Under the pieces are notes generated by a model that was not told the DNA's origin, did no database searches, and saw only the letters and a list, made by a program, of their open reading frames with translations. From the NCBI GenBank assembly GCA_965223335.1, contig OZ244991.1:1952001-2016000 (forward strand): a stretch of DNA of 64,000 nt, given 5' to 3'. The stretch is from Thermodesulfobacteriota bacterium. GTDB lineage: Bacteria; Desulfobacterota_D; UBA1144; Nemesobacterales; UBA2774. The translations under genes and the position numbers were made by a program. Shown here piece after piece: positions 35,317 through 44,088 of this stretch (within the stretch, counting starts at the first letter, position 1; each line of letters starts with the position of its first letter).

Positions 35317-36539
35317 TTGTCTTGGCTAGAGCCTGAAAACAGTTTGCCAGTGTGTTTTACGAATAGACGAAACGGTCTTAAGGGTGAGTAGAGAAAGAAC
35401 AGATACGGCGGGAGTTTTAAGGCCTCGAGGTCGGCGGTGGTAGGTTTAAACACTAGATCTCTGTAATAGTGTGACTTGTCTAACACGCTGTCCATTGAAT
35501 AAACGTAGAATCGGCCCGCGGTTAGGTTTTTATCGTAGCTTTCGGGGGAGTTAAGTGTTTTGTAGACCAGCTTTGTAAGGTTCTCGCTCTTGCTGTTGCG
35601 ATTAAATTCATCAGACAAGCTCTCGGGGATATTAAAATCGAATAGATCATAGAGCAAAAGCAATGCTGTATTGATCATAGTTGTGCAGTTCCTAGATACG
35701 CATTCTTTCTTTATCCAGCCCCAGTCTAAATTGGGTGATATATTTAGGAGTTGGGCAAGGTCTATAATCCAATTTAGCTGTGACCATGAGTGTTTTGCGC
35801 CGTGTATGCATAAAAAAATAAATAGGTCTTCCACGGATAAATTCATAAAATTAGAGTCTTTATATTTTGCGGGTATGGACCTGTTCCAAACCGAGAGCAT
35901 GAGTGGCGAGAATGAATAACGCTCAGGCACAAGTGACCAGTGTAAATCAATGCTCTGGTTGTCTGTATCGCGCACATAGCTTAGATGGATGTCTTGCTCG
36001 AGCAGATAAAACCCTGACTCTATATAGTAGGATTCTAATCTTTTGGGTACGTTGAACTTGAGCTTGAACCCTTGGTTTTCTATAAGCTCCCCGGCTTTTT
36101 CCAGGTCGGTTTTTTTTACAAGCAAATCCAGGTCTGCGTACTCTCGAAAATATGTATCGTCATAAAGTGAATTGGACAATATAGGTCCTTTTAGAGGAAC
36201 ACATGGGATATCGTTTGAATACAGTAGCAATAGTAGCTCAATTAATGTGCTCTCGATTAATTGGTTGCGCAAAGAAGATGCCTGAGTGTATTTATTGATT
36301 GAATCGAGATGTGTCGGGGGGATAAAAGACTCGTATTTCGGTATAGTCGATTTCGCAAATAACGGTGTACAACCATGATCGCTTAAAAAATCTAATAGAA
36401 TTTCCCAATCTAAGTTGTCTTGTAAACGAGATGATAATATCTCATCGTTATTTCGTCCGAGGAATGACCTTGCGGCTTCGATCATTAGCATGATCTCGGG
36501 CTTGTTGATTATTGAGCTGTAAATTTTGTCTTGGGCCAA
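35313..36539 (-). CDS. Nucleotidyltransferase family protein (lasso-cluster tailoring enzyme)
   Basis: LKGPILS..LY....[30 protein letters not shown] motifs of the NTP_transf_5-type family. Confidence 0.82.
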   Translation of the reverse strand: MAQDKIYSSIINKPEIMLMIEAARSFLGRNNDEILSSRLQDNLDWEILLDFLSDHGCTPLFAKSTIPKYESFIPPTHLDSINKYTQASSLRNQLIESTLIELLLLLYSNDIPCVPLKGPILSNSLYDDTYFREYADLDLLVKKTDLEKAGELIENQGFKLKFNVPKRLESYYIESGFYLLEQDIHLSYVRDTDNQSIDLHWSLVPERYSFSPLMLSVWNRSIPAKYKDSNFMNLSVEDLFIFLCIHGAKHSWSQLNWIIDLAQLLNISPNLDWGWIKKECVSRNCTTMINTALLLLYDLFDFNIPESLSDEFNRNSKSENLTKLVYKTLNSPESYDKNLTAGRFYVYSMDSVLDKSHYYRDLVFKPTTADLEALKLPPYLFFLYSPLRPFRLFVKHTGKLFSGSSQDN

Positions 36540-36576
36540 TGTACCGTTCTTAAATTTAGTATCAATATATAACTTG

Positions 36577-37368
36577 TTATTTCTTTTTAGCTACTGCATG
36601 GGGGTAACCAGCATTGTCTTTATAATAGATCATGTTGAAGCCCGAGTCATTTAATTCGCTCTCAATCTCTTCCCTTGTGAAATAGTGGTCGAAGCTGCCG
36701 TCTAGAGTATCTCCCATGTCCAAAATGTCTTTGTTTAACATTAGCTTTCTAATAACCCTTGCGGTGTGATAGATGATATGGAATCTGGAATCTTTGGGGT
36801 CTCGGACAAAAAACGAGAGGAGAATTGGGCCGCCTTTTTTTATGTGTTCGCTGCACTGGTTTAGAAAATTGATTCGAGCATTACGGCCTTGGATATGCAT
36901 GTATGTTCCCCAGCCTATTATCATGCCGTCGTATTTTCCCGGTTTCTCTGGCACTGTGTCCGGTGCGCAAAGATATATATTGGACTCAATTTTTTCATCC
37001 GCCAACAGTCTCTTGCAGTACTCAAACATTTTGTGGGAGCATTCAAATCCATCCACACGGTAGTTGCTTTGGGTTAAGGCTATCATCTCTCTTCCAGAGC
37101 CTGCACCGCCTATGAGAATTGATCTGCATTTTGAAAAATATGAATCGATAATGCCCTGTTCCCAATAATTTAAACCCGAATGAGTATATGTGGGAGTGTA
37201 ATAATGCATTTTAGAATCGTACATCTGATCTGTGGCACTTATGAGTTCTGTGCGGTTGAGAAATCCCAGCCAAAATCCCTGGTGGATTGAACTAATGAGC
37301 TTGTTAAATCGGTAGAATAATTTGTCGAAAAATACAAAGAGTCGTACTTTCTTACTGGTAGGGCTCAT
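36577..37368 (-). CDS. Class I SAM-dependent methyltransferase (lasso cluster)
   Basis: Motif I ILIGGAGSGRE, acidic VDGFE after beta-2, YD..IIGWG.YMH, IKKGG. Confidence 0.78.
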   Translation of the reverse strand: MSPTSKKVRLFVFFDKLFYRFNKLISSIHQGFWLGFLNRTELISATDQMYDSKMHYYTPTYTHSGLNYWEQGIIDSYFSKCRSILIGGAGSGREMIALTQSNYRVDGFECSHKMFEYCKRLLADEKIESNIYLCAPDTVPEKPGKYDGMIIGWGTYMHIQGRNARINFLNQCSEHIKKGGPILLSFFVRDPKDSRFHIIYHTARVIRKLMLNKDILDMGDTLDGSFDHYFTREEIESELNDSGFNMIYYKDNAGYPHAVAKKK

Positions 37369-37442
37369 TCAGTAATCATACTAACTAAATGTATATATTT
37401 ATAGTGGATTAGTAGCGAGTGGTTGCTCTGTAATGATATAGG

Positions 37443-37601
37443 TCAATTAGGCCTAGAAGGATTTTGTGGAGATGAATCAGAAAATGGGCCTGTTTTCTTA
37501 GTAACTTTGGTTATATTACCCATCTTCTGGAGTTTTGGTTTTATATAAGATATTTGGCTGATCTCAGTCAATTTTGTTTTCTTTTGTTTATTGTCAGACA
37601 T
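37443..37601 (-). CDS. Lasso peptide precursor A (52 aa): MSDNKQKKTKLTEISQISYIKPKLQKMGNITKVTK-KTGPFSDSSPQNPSRPN
   Basis: Translated by hand; AGAGGA RBS, ATG at 37601, TGA at 37443-37445; leader YxxPxL (Y19,P22,L24) and Gx5T (G28,T34); Asp at core position 7; 51 nt downstream of the cyclase. Confidence 0.88.
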   Translation of the reverse strand: MSDNKQKKTKLTEISQISYIKPKLQKMGNITKVTKKTGPFSDSSPQNPSRPN

Positions 37602-37652
37602 AAATTTCCTCTTATCTTGAATCTGTAAATATTTAACTTAATTATAGCACGA

Positions 37653-39530
37653 TTATTGTCTAAGTAATAATTCCATTGTGGCAATTCTCCAAAGTAAATA
37701 AGTATCGGTCCATGTTTGATTATTAGCATTGTCACGATACTCGCGAAATAATTCGTGTGCATTGTCCCGTCCAATATAGGGTTCTAAATGCCAGGTTGTT
37801 TTATTGAATAGCTTGTTGGTTATGTTGTCGAAATTCTCTTTAATCAGATGAATGTTGATTGAATCGAACGCTGTTTTAAGATTGTTTTCTATAATCTGCT
37901 CCGGGAGAGTTCCTCTAAATGCAGTACGTGTTAGGTATTTCCATTTTCCATCGGGTACTCGTTTGTTAAAGGGTATGGACATCACGTACTCAGCTAGTTT
38001 TCGGTCCAGATAGGGATGGCGCATTCTAAACCCGGCGTATGCAGCTCTGCATTCAAATGTGTCAACTAACCAGTGCAATTGAGGAGAGTTGAGAAACTCG
38101 AATACTGCACCCTGGGTTAAAGAGTTGAATTGATTCTCTGCATGGGGCTTGGAATATTCTTGAGATTCAATCAGATCTGTCAACTCGGAGTTAGCCCAGT
38201 TAGGTACGCTAACATTGGGTGTCTTGGGTTTTAATATTGCTCTGTATATTTGTCTTAAAGGTTTTGGAACGGTTGATCTGAGTGCGTCGGATGTATAGTA
38301 CCAAAACGTTGCCCAGTTGTTGTTGCTGACATTCCAGGACTGCAATAAGAGCTCTAAGTATTGAAAGCGTTTTGCTAGATCCCTTAAATAATATGCTTCG
38401 TCTGCAAGCTCATCACCCCCTATACCGGTGAGAAGTATCTTTCCGCCAATGTTGTCCATAATCTGTGAGCAGTTGGCGAAGATACCCTGTTGGATTTCGG
38501 CAAAAGGAGAGTCGGTCTGTCGGATTTCTTCATCTATATTGTCAACGTTAAATTCCCCAATTGGACAGAATCTATGGTTCTCAAATTGAACCAAATCGGA
38601 CACAAGACGAATATATTCCGACTCGTCACATGGCAGGTCTTCATAGGTAGCGGAAATTGTGTGGAGTGGCGGTAGATTGTCGTGGGTGTGGTAGAGGCTC
38701 TGTGCTGTGACTACGATTGACGATGAATCGAGCCCCCCGCTTAGTTGAGATGCGATCGGATAATCGGATTGTATGCATTTATATACAGATGCTCTCAAGA
38801 GTTCTTTGTATTGCTCAATATAATCCTGTTTCGTTTTGTATTGGGTTTCAAAGGTGGGATCCGGATTCCAGTATTGGATCTCTTTAGTCTCACTTCTTGA
38901 AGCTAATAAATAGTGCCCCGGTTTAATCTGCTTGATCTGTTTGTAGAACGAGCGGCCTGAGTCGTTAAACTGTCGCAATATGTATTGGGCAATAGTTGTT
39001 TTGTCGGGTTCCGGGGACACATTCGACACCTTGATAATCTGTTTGGGTTCCGATGCGAAATAGAGGTACTTGTTATCTGATGAGTAATATAACGGTACTG
39101 TGCCGAAGGGGTCTCTGGCTGCGAAGATTCGTTTTTTCTTCTCGTCCCAGATCGCAAATGCATACTCACCATCCAGATAATCAAGCAACTGTGGGCCCCA
39201 TTTGATATAGCCGGCAAGGATCAGTTTCGGGTCTGTGATAAGTTTTGTTGCCCACTCAACATGGCCTAACTTAGCGGTTAGTTCATCTTTGTTATACAAA
39301 CTCGAGTTTGATACGATTGTCATGGATTTGTCGGGTGAGGTGAAGGGCTGTTTCTCGTTTCTACCGCATTTGGTAATAGAAAGGTGTGCGTGGCCGAAAC
39401 CTACATTATTGTGGCTATACGTATTAATCCCGTCAGGGCCCCTATGAGATACAATATTAATCATCTCGTCTATAAGCTCTTTACTCACAGGGCTGCCATC
39501 CCAATTGATAATTCCTGCTAAACCACTCAC
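37653..39530 (-). CDS. Lasso peptide cyclase (C protein, asparagine synthetase-like)
   Basis: Ntn domain starting MSGLAG (no Cys nucleophile), PP-loop LSGGLDSS, LTGIGGDEL, HPYLD; next to B1/B2. Confidence 0.88.
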   Translation of the reverse strand: MSGLAGIINWDGSPVSKELIDEMINIVSHRGPDGINTYSHNNVGFGHAHLSITKCGRNEKQPFTSPDKSMTIVSNSSLYNKDELTAKLGHVEWATKLITDPKLILAGYIKWGPQLLDYLDGEYAFAIWDEKKKRIFAARDPFGTVPLYYSSDNKYLYFASEPKQIIKVSNVSPEPDKTTIAQYILRQFNDSGRSFYKQIKQIKPGHYLLASRSETKEIQYWNPDPTFETQYKTKQDYIEQYKELLRASVYKCIQSDYPIASQLSGGLDSSSIVVTAQSLYHTHDNLPPLHTISATYEDLPCDESEYIRLVSDLVQFENHRFCPIGEFNVDNIDEEIRQTDSPFAEIQQGIFANCSQIMDNIGGKILLTGIGGDELADEAYYLRDLAKRFQYLELLLQSWNVSNNNWATFWYYTSDALRSTVPKPLRQIYRAILKPKTPNVSVPNWANSELTDLIESQEYSKPHAENQFNSLTQGAVFEFLNSPQLHWLVDTFECRAAYAGFRMRHPYLDRKLAEYVMSIPFNKRVPDGKWKYLTRTAFRGTLPEQIIENNLKTAFDSINIHLIKENFDNITNKLFNKTTWHLEPYIGRDNAHELFREYRDNANNQTWTDTYLLWRIATMELLLRQ

Positions 39531-39549
39531 GATAGTACCGTCCTGTTAA

Positions 39550-40356
39550 TCATAGTTCGTTTAGTAATCGGGCCACGGACTTTATGGATGAAGTGGATTT
39601 CTCGATGTTGTCGGGTATGAGAAGTGAGTATCCACTGCACTGTTTCGCTAGCAATTCATAGAAACTGAATTCAACATCCCATATCGTCTTGTGCGCGAGG
39701 TCACCGAAACCGTTATGGATTAAATTTTGAAAAAACACAGGTTTACTAAGTGCCGAGGTCAGGGCTTCATCAATATTATTTCTCCGTTCTAAAAAATAAA
39801 CTGATTGTAGGGGTAAAAACATTGGTGCGTCGGTGTTAGGTTGTAATCTAGGAACACATGGCTTACCGGACTTTATTCTACAGGGGAGCAGATCGTCTGA
39901 GAGGGTAGGGAAACCTAAATCGTTAAGCCCCTCACCGAGAGTGGATTTGCCCGCACCGCTTTCGCCAACAAATGCAACTGCATTATCAGCAACGACGACA
40001 GCAGATGCGTGTAGAACGGCTTTTTTCTGTATGTAAGAAGAGTAGGGGACGACCTGGCGGATTATGGCAGCGTAATCACTCGTGCTTGCACACCGAGTGA
40101 TATGAACCACATTGCCGTCACGACTTATGTAGGAATCGCAACCCGATATAGCACCTATATTTAGAAAATCTGAGTTTTCTGTTTGCTTATCACTGAGTTC
40201 GGCATCGCGCGTAGGGGTATAAGGGTCGAAAATCACTGTGACAGAGATATCTGTGTATTCAGTAGTGCTAAGTTCGGTGGTTTCAATGTTGGTTTGCACG
40301 CTAACACCCGAAACGGTGTAGGTGTATAGGGCATGATCTAAATCTCTGAGATTCAT
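39550..40356 (-). CDS. HPr kinase-like P-loop kinase (lasso peptide kinase)
   Basis: VLHASAV, GESGAGKST, LSDD motifs. Confidence 0.8.
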   Translation of the reverse strand: MNLRDLDHALYTYTVSGVSVQTNIETTELSTTEYTDISVTVIFDPYTPTRDAELSDKQTENSDFLNIGAISGCDSYISRDGNVVHITRCASTSDYAAIIRQVVPYSSYIQKKAVLHASAVVVADNAVAFVGESGAGKSTLGEGLNDLGFPTLSDDLLPCRIKSGKPCVPRLQPNTDAPMFLPLQSVYFLERRNNIDEALTSALSKPVFFQNLIHNGFGDLAHKTIWDVEFSFYELLAKQCSGYSLLIPDNIEKSTSSIKSVARLLNEL

Positions 40357-40360
40357 GGGT

Positions 40361-40780
40361 TTATTTGTTTGATGTTATCTCGATGTGCCTAAGGGGTTCG
40401 TATCCTTTAGTTTCATTGCCCGGGATCTCGTAGGGACTTTCGATCCACGCGTGGGCGTCTAGTATGCTGCCGTTTTTCTCAACTCCTATTCTTAGTTTGG
40501 TCTCGAGACCCTTGTGGGCGAGTAGCCGCCCCAGAGCTATGGAGCGTTCCAGGCACGTGAGGTTTTTAATATGGTGGGATGCTGCCATATCAAATAGATA
40601 GGTTAGATGCTTTATTTCGCTTGGGTCAAATTCTTTTAGGCTTGTGGTCTCGGGGTTTCGAAACAAACTCGTTCGTAGAGCTGTACGTATTAGTACTATT
40701 ACCCATAGTATGTCGAGCCATGATCGAAGGACTAATAATTTGTCGTTTAAATTGAGGCTAAAAAACTTGCCAATTTGCAT
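40361..40780 (-). CDS. Lasso peptide leader peptidase B2 (transglutaminase-like)
   Basis: TCLERSIAL, LRIGV, AHAWIE (catalytic Cys and His). Confidence 0.92.
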   Translation of the reverse strand: MQIGKFFSLNLNDKLLVLRSWLDILWVIVLIRTALRTSLFRNPETTSLKEFDPSEIKHLTYLFDMAASHHIKNLTCLERSIALGRLLAHKGLETKLRIGVEKNGSILDAHAWIESPYEIPGNETKGYEPLRHIEITSNK

Positions 40781-40781
40781 A

Positions 40782-41042
40782 TCAATCCTCTACAAGTAAA
40801 CCGTTTGTTTTTAGGTCCTCTACAATATCGTTGAAATCCTGTTCGAGGGTGTCTAGTGGTATATCAAACCGGCCTAGAAGCTCTTTTATAATCTCGTTTT
40901 GATCGTGTCCGTTGCTAAGGAGGTTCCATATTATCGAGCCAGATTCATTCAAGGAGTAGTATTCTCCGCTGTGGAGGTTGAGCAGGACTGACTCGTCGTC
41001 GAGTGTGGAATGGAGAACATGTTGCGGTATACGATAGGCCAT
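40782..41042 (-). CDS. Lasso peptide RiPP recognition element B1 (PqqD family)
   Basis: DDESVLLNLHSGEYYSLNESGSIIWNLL...L...GLL, 86 aa. Confidence 0.92.
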   Translation of the reverse strand: MAYRIPQHVLHSTLDDESVLLNLHSGEYYSLNESGSIIWNLLSNGHDQNEIIKELLGRFDIPLDTLEQDFNDIVEDLKTNGLLVED

Positions 41043-41118
41043 ATTTTATCCAAGTACTTTTACAGAAATTATACACTTGATATAATAATTCTAAATCTAG
41101 AGATAACATCCTTGTATT

Positions 41119-41481
41119 TCAAGCTATATACTCGCTCAGAATTTCGCTTAGTTCCATTGAAAATTTGGATTTGGGAATAACTATATTAAAACCTGCGTCT
41201 TGTGCTTTTTTTCGCAATGCTTGGTCCACATGCGAGTAATAACCCAGTGTAGTTGGTTTGGAGATATCCTGCGTGTTAATTGTTCTTATTGTATCAATTG
41301 AATCGAGGGTTTTAATATTGAGATCAAATATTATCAGTCTGGGTTTTTTGTCTTTTATTTGTCTATCAAGTTCATCTATGTCCTTAACAAATAGTAGTCT
41401 AACACCCAAAGCGTTTGCGGCGGCCTTGATCTTGGACTTAAAGAATAGGTCGTCTACGACTGCGATTATTTGAGAAGCCAA
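41119..41481 (-). CDS. Stand-alone response regulator receiver domain protein
   Basis: AVVDD, IIFDLN, GYYSH, AQDAGF..VIPKS pattern; TTG start. Confidence 0.7.
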   Translation of the reverse strand: MASQIIAVVDDLFFKSKIKAAANALGVRLLFVKDIDELDRQIKDKKPRLIIFDLNIKTLDSIDTIRTINTQDISKPTTLGYYSHVDQALRKKAQDAGFNIVIPKSKFSMELSEILSEYIA

Positions 41482-41555
41482 TTTTGTACCCGGGCCTATA
41501 TAAGATGTGATTTGAGTGTATATTAAATTGCCTTTGGATACAAAGTGCTAATTCT

Positions 41556-42266
41556 ATGAGCAAGAACTCTTTCGACACGGTATTTCTAGATGCAGCGGAC
41601 ACACTGTTTTATATAAAGGACGGGCTCGGGCGAACCTATGCGGATGTAGCTAAAAAGTTCGGCAATAACCCATCTCCCGATAGCATAAAGAGGTCGTTTG
41701 GCAGGGTGTTTAAGTCGGCTCCGCCGCTAGCGTTTGGTGATGTGTCGCACGTTCGTAGGCAATCACTTGAGAAAATGTGGTGGAAAGAGGTTGTAGCCGA
41801 GGTCTACCGAGATGTGGGTGACTTAGAGAGGTTTGATGATTACTTCGATGAGTTATATGAGGTGTTTAGGACCACGGCTTGGGAGATCTATCCCGAAACC
41901 ATAGAGGTGCTTAGCCTTCTAAAACAAAAGGGCTATAGGCTGGGGATCATATCGAATTTTGATACCAGGGTATACGACGTGTGTTTGCGTCTCGGTATTA
42001 CCGAGCACATTGATTGTTTTGTGATATCGAGTGAGGCGGGTCACGCGAAACCCGCGCCCGAGATATTTGAGATTGCACTTAGCAAAATGGGGGTAACCTC
42101 GTCCGGGACGATTCATGTAGGGGATGATATCGATAACGATTTTCACGGGGCCAGAGCTGTGGGGATTGATGCTTATCTGTTGGATAGGGAAAAAGAGCAC
42201 GAGGACAATAAAGAGGTAGATACAATCTCGAGCCTCCACGATCTTTTAATGTTGCTGGAAAAATAG
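41556..42266 (+). CDS. HAD-IA family hydrolase
   Basis: FLDAADTL, ISNFD, KPAPEIF, HVGDDIDND. Confidence 0.88.
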   Translation: MSKNSFDTVFLDAADTLFYIKDGLGRTYADVAKKFGNNPSPDSIKRSFGRVFKSAPPLAFGDVSHVRRQSLEKMWWKEVVAEVYRDVGDLERFDDYFDELYEVFRTTAWEIYPETIEVLSLLKQKGYRLGIISNFDTRVYDVCLRLGITEHIDCFVISSEAGHAKPAPEIFEIALSKMGVTSSGTIHVGDDIDNDFHGARAVGIDAYLLDREKEHEDNKEVDTISSLHDLLMLLEK

Positions 42267-42283
42267 CCTCAATGGAGGGTGTT

Positions 42284-42733
42284 ATGAAAACTACACTGCT
42301 TGCACTACTTGTAGCAACAATATGGGGGATTAACCCGATATTTGAAAAACTTAGCCTGGTGAAAGCCTCGCCATTAGCTGTCATAACAATACGCTTTATA
42401 TTTTCTACGATCATACTGGTTGCGATAGCGTTCTCGGGGAATATCGTAGAAGAGGTAAGGACTATGAAATTGATGACCTATGTCTGGATTATATTGGCAG
42501 GGGTGCTGGGTGCAGTGGGCCTATATATATACTTCGTTGCTTTACAAGAGGACCATACTTCAAAGATTGTTCCCATAATTGCCAGTTTCCCTCTGTTTAC
42601 GGCTCTATACGCATATATATTCCTTAAAGAACAAATAACTACAGAGCGTTTGGTAGGAATTGTATTTGTTGTGGCCGGAGTAATACTCATTAACTGGAAC
42701 AACCATTTCGGCAGTGAGGGTGGGGCAGGATGA
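42284..42733 (+). CDS. EamA/DMT family small transporter
   Basis: About 5 TM helices, IWG..P, LKEQIT..RLVG; GGAGG before ATG 42284. Confidence 0.8.
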   Translation: MKTTLLALLVATIWGINPIFEKLSLVKASPLAVITIRFIFSTIILVAIAFSGNIVEEVRTMKLMTYVWIILAGVLGAVGLYIYFVALQEDHTSKIVPIIASFPLFTALYAYIFLKEQITTERLVGIVFVVAGVILINWNNHFGSEGGAG

Positions 42734-42751
42734 TCCGTCGTGTAGCCGGTG

Positions 42752-42937
42752 TTAGTCAGAGGACTCTTTCCTGGTAAACAGCACAAATGCCATTGAAGGT
42801 CTCTTGGACGAGTCTCTCATGGCGAATTGGATGCCGTCTAGTAACCAACCCTGCTTGACCCATGTGTTTATCACATTCTCGAGCTCTTCATCAGTGACGG
42901 TTGATACCTCGACAACTTTGTAGGTTGTGTAGTCCAT
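42752..42937 (-). CDS. DUF4177-like small protein
   Basis: YKVVEV...LENVINTWVKQGW...VLFTR pattern; 13 nt downstream of hemB. Confidence 0.65.
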   Translation of the reverse strand: MDYTTYKVVEVSTVTDEELENVINTWVKQGWLLDGIQFAMRDSSKRPSMAFVLFTRKESSD

Positions 42938-42950
42938 CTTGTTTGTCTAT

Positions 42951-43928
42951 CTACCCGGAGTTTAGAATTTTGGCTGCGTCTTTTGCGAAATAGGTCAGAA
43001 TAATATCGGCCCCGGCTCTCTTTATAGAGACGAGTGTTTCCATCATTACCTGGGACTCATCAATCCAGCCCTTTTTTCCCGCAGCTTTCACCATGGAGTA
43101 CTCGCCGCTTACCTGATAGGCGGCGATCGGGTGGTCGTATTCCTCACGCGCAGCCCTTATGATGTCGAGATAGGGAAGGGCCGGTTTTACCATCACTATA
43201 TCGGCGCCCTCTTCTATGTCCAAAGAGATCTCGCGCATGGCCTCACGCACGTTGGGGGGGGCCATCTGGTAGCTGCGCCTGTCGCCGAATTTGGGGGGTG
43301 ATTCTGCAGCGTCTCGAAACGGGCCATAAAAAGCAGATGCGTACTTTGCGGAGTATGACATTATCGGGATATTATCGTAACCGTTCTCATCCAGTATCTC
43401 TCTAATAACACCCACGCGCCCGTCCATCATATCCGAAGGTGCTACGATGTCGGCCCCGGCCTCAGCATGCGAAAGCGCCATGGCCGAGAGATACTCGAGT
43501 GTTTGATCGTTGTCTACATCCCCGTTCGCGATTATCCCGCAATGGCCGTGGTCGGTGTACTCGCACATACAGACATCTGTTACGACTATTATGTCTTTTA
43601 CCTTTTTTTTGATCTCTCTTACCGCTTGCTGGATGATGCCGTTTTTGTCGTAGCCCTCAGTGCCGAGATCGTCCTTTTTCTTGGGAATGCCGAAAAGTAG
43701 TATTGATTTGATACCGAGTTTTTTTACCTGTCTTATCTCTTTTATAAGATTGTCAATGGACTGTTTGTATATACCCGGCATGGACGCTACCTGAGTTCTC
43801 TTTTTTTTGCCGGGCATCACAAACATTGGGTAGATGAAGTCCGAAACTGACAAATTTGTTTCTGAGACCATGTCTCTTAGAGCTTGGTTGCGTCTTAGTC
43901 TTCTGGGTCTATAAACGGGAAAGTACAT
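42951..43928 (-). CDS. hemB: Porphobilinogen synthase
   Basis: [46 protein letters not shown]. Confidence 0.96.
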   Translation of the reverse strand: MYFPVYRPRRLRRNQALRDMVSETNLSVSDFIYPMFVMPGKKKRTQVASMPGIYKQSIDNLIKEIRQVKKLGIKSILLFGIPKKKDDLGTEGYDKNGIIQQAVREIKKKVKDIIVVTDVCMCEYTDHGHCGIIANGDVDNDQTLEYLSAMALSHAEAGADIVAPSDMMDGRVGVIREILDENGYDNIPIMSYSAKYASAFYGPFRDAAESPPKFGDRRSYQMAPPNVREAMREISLDIEEGADIVMVKPALPYLDIIRAAREEYDHPIAAYQVSGEYSMVKAAGKKGWIDESQVMMETLVSIKRAGADIILTYFAKDAAKILNSG

Positions 43929-44088
43929 AGATGATAATGTATATGGCAGTTAAGTGGTTAGTCAACTAGGGCTTAGAGTTGTTGCAAGCTTCTTTAAATA
44001 GTTTTTAAGCTCTGTATAATACTACCTCCGTTAATGAGGTGAGCTGATTTAACTGCAATGCATCATAGGATTTGGGATCTTAACAGAA

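Noticed and set aside
37568..37774. 68-aa minus-strand ORF from the track as lasso precursor
   Set aside because: It overlaps the cyclase 3' end out of frame and lacks YxxPxL/Gx5T; the 37443-37601 ORF has an RBS and both motifs.
37653..39530. Glutamine-dependent asparagine synthetase (asnB)
   Set aside because: The N-terminal catalytic Cys is replaced by Ser and the gene is clustered with B1, B2 and a precursor.
40782..41042. PQQ biosynthesis gene pqqD linked to the PQQ-type dehydrogenase at 59643
   Set aside because: No other pqq genes are present, and it lies 1 nt from the lasso B2 peptidase.
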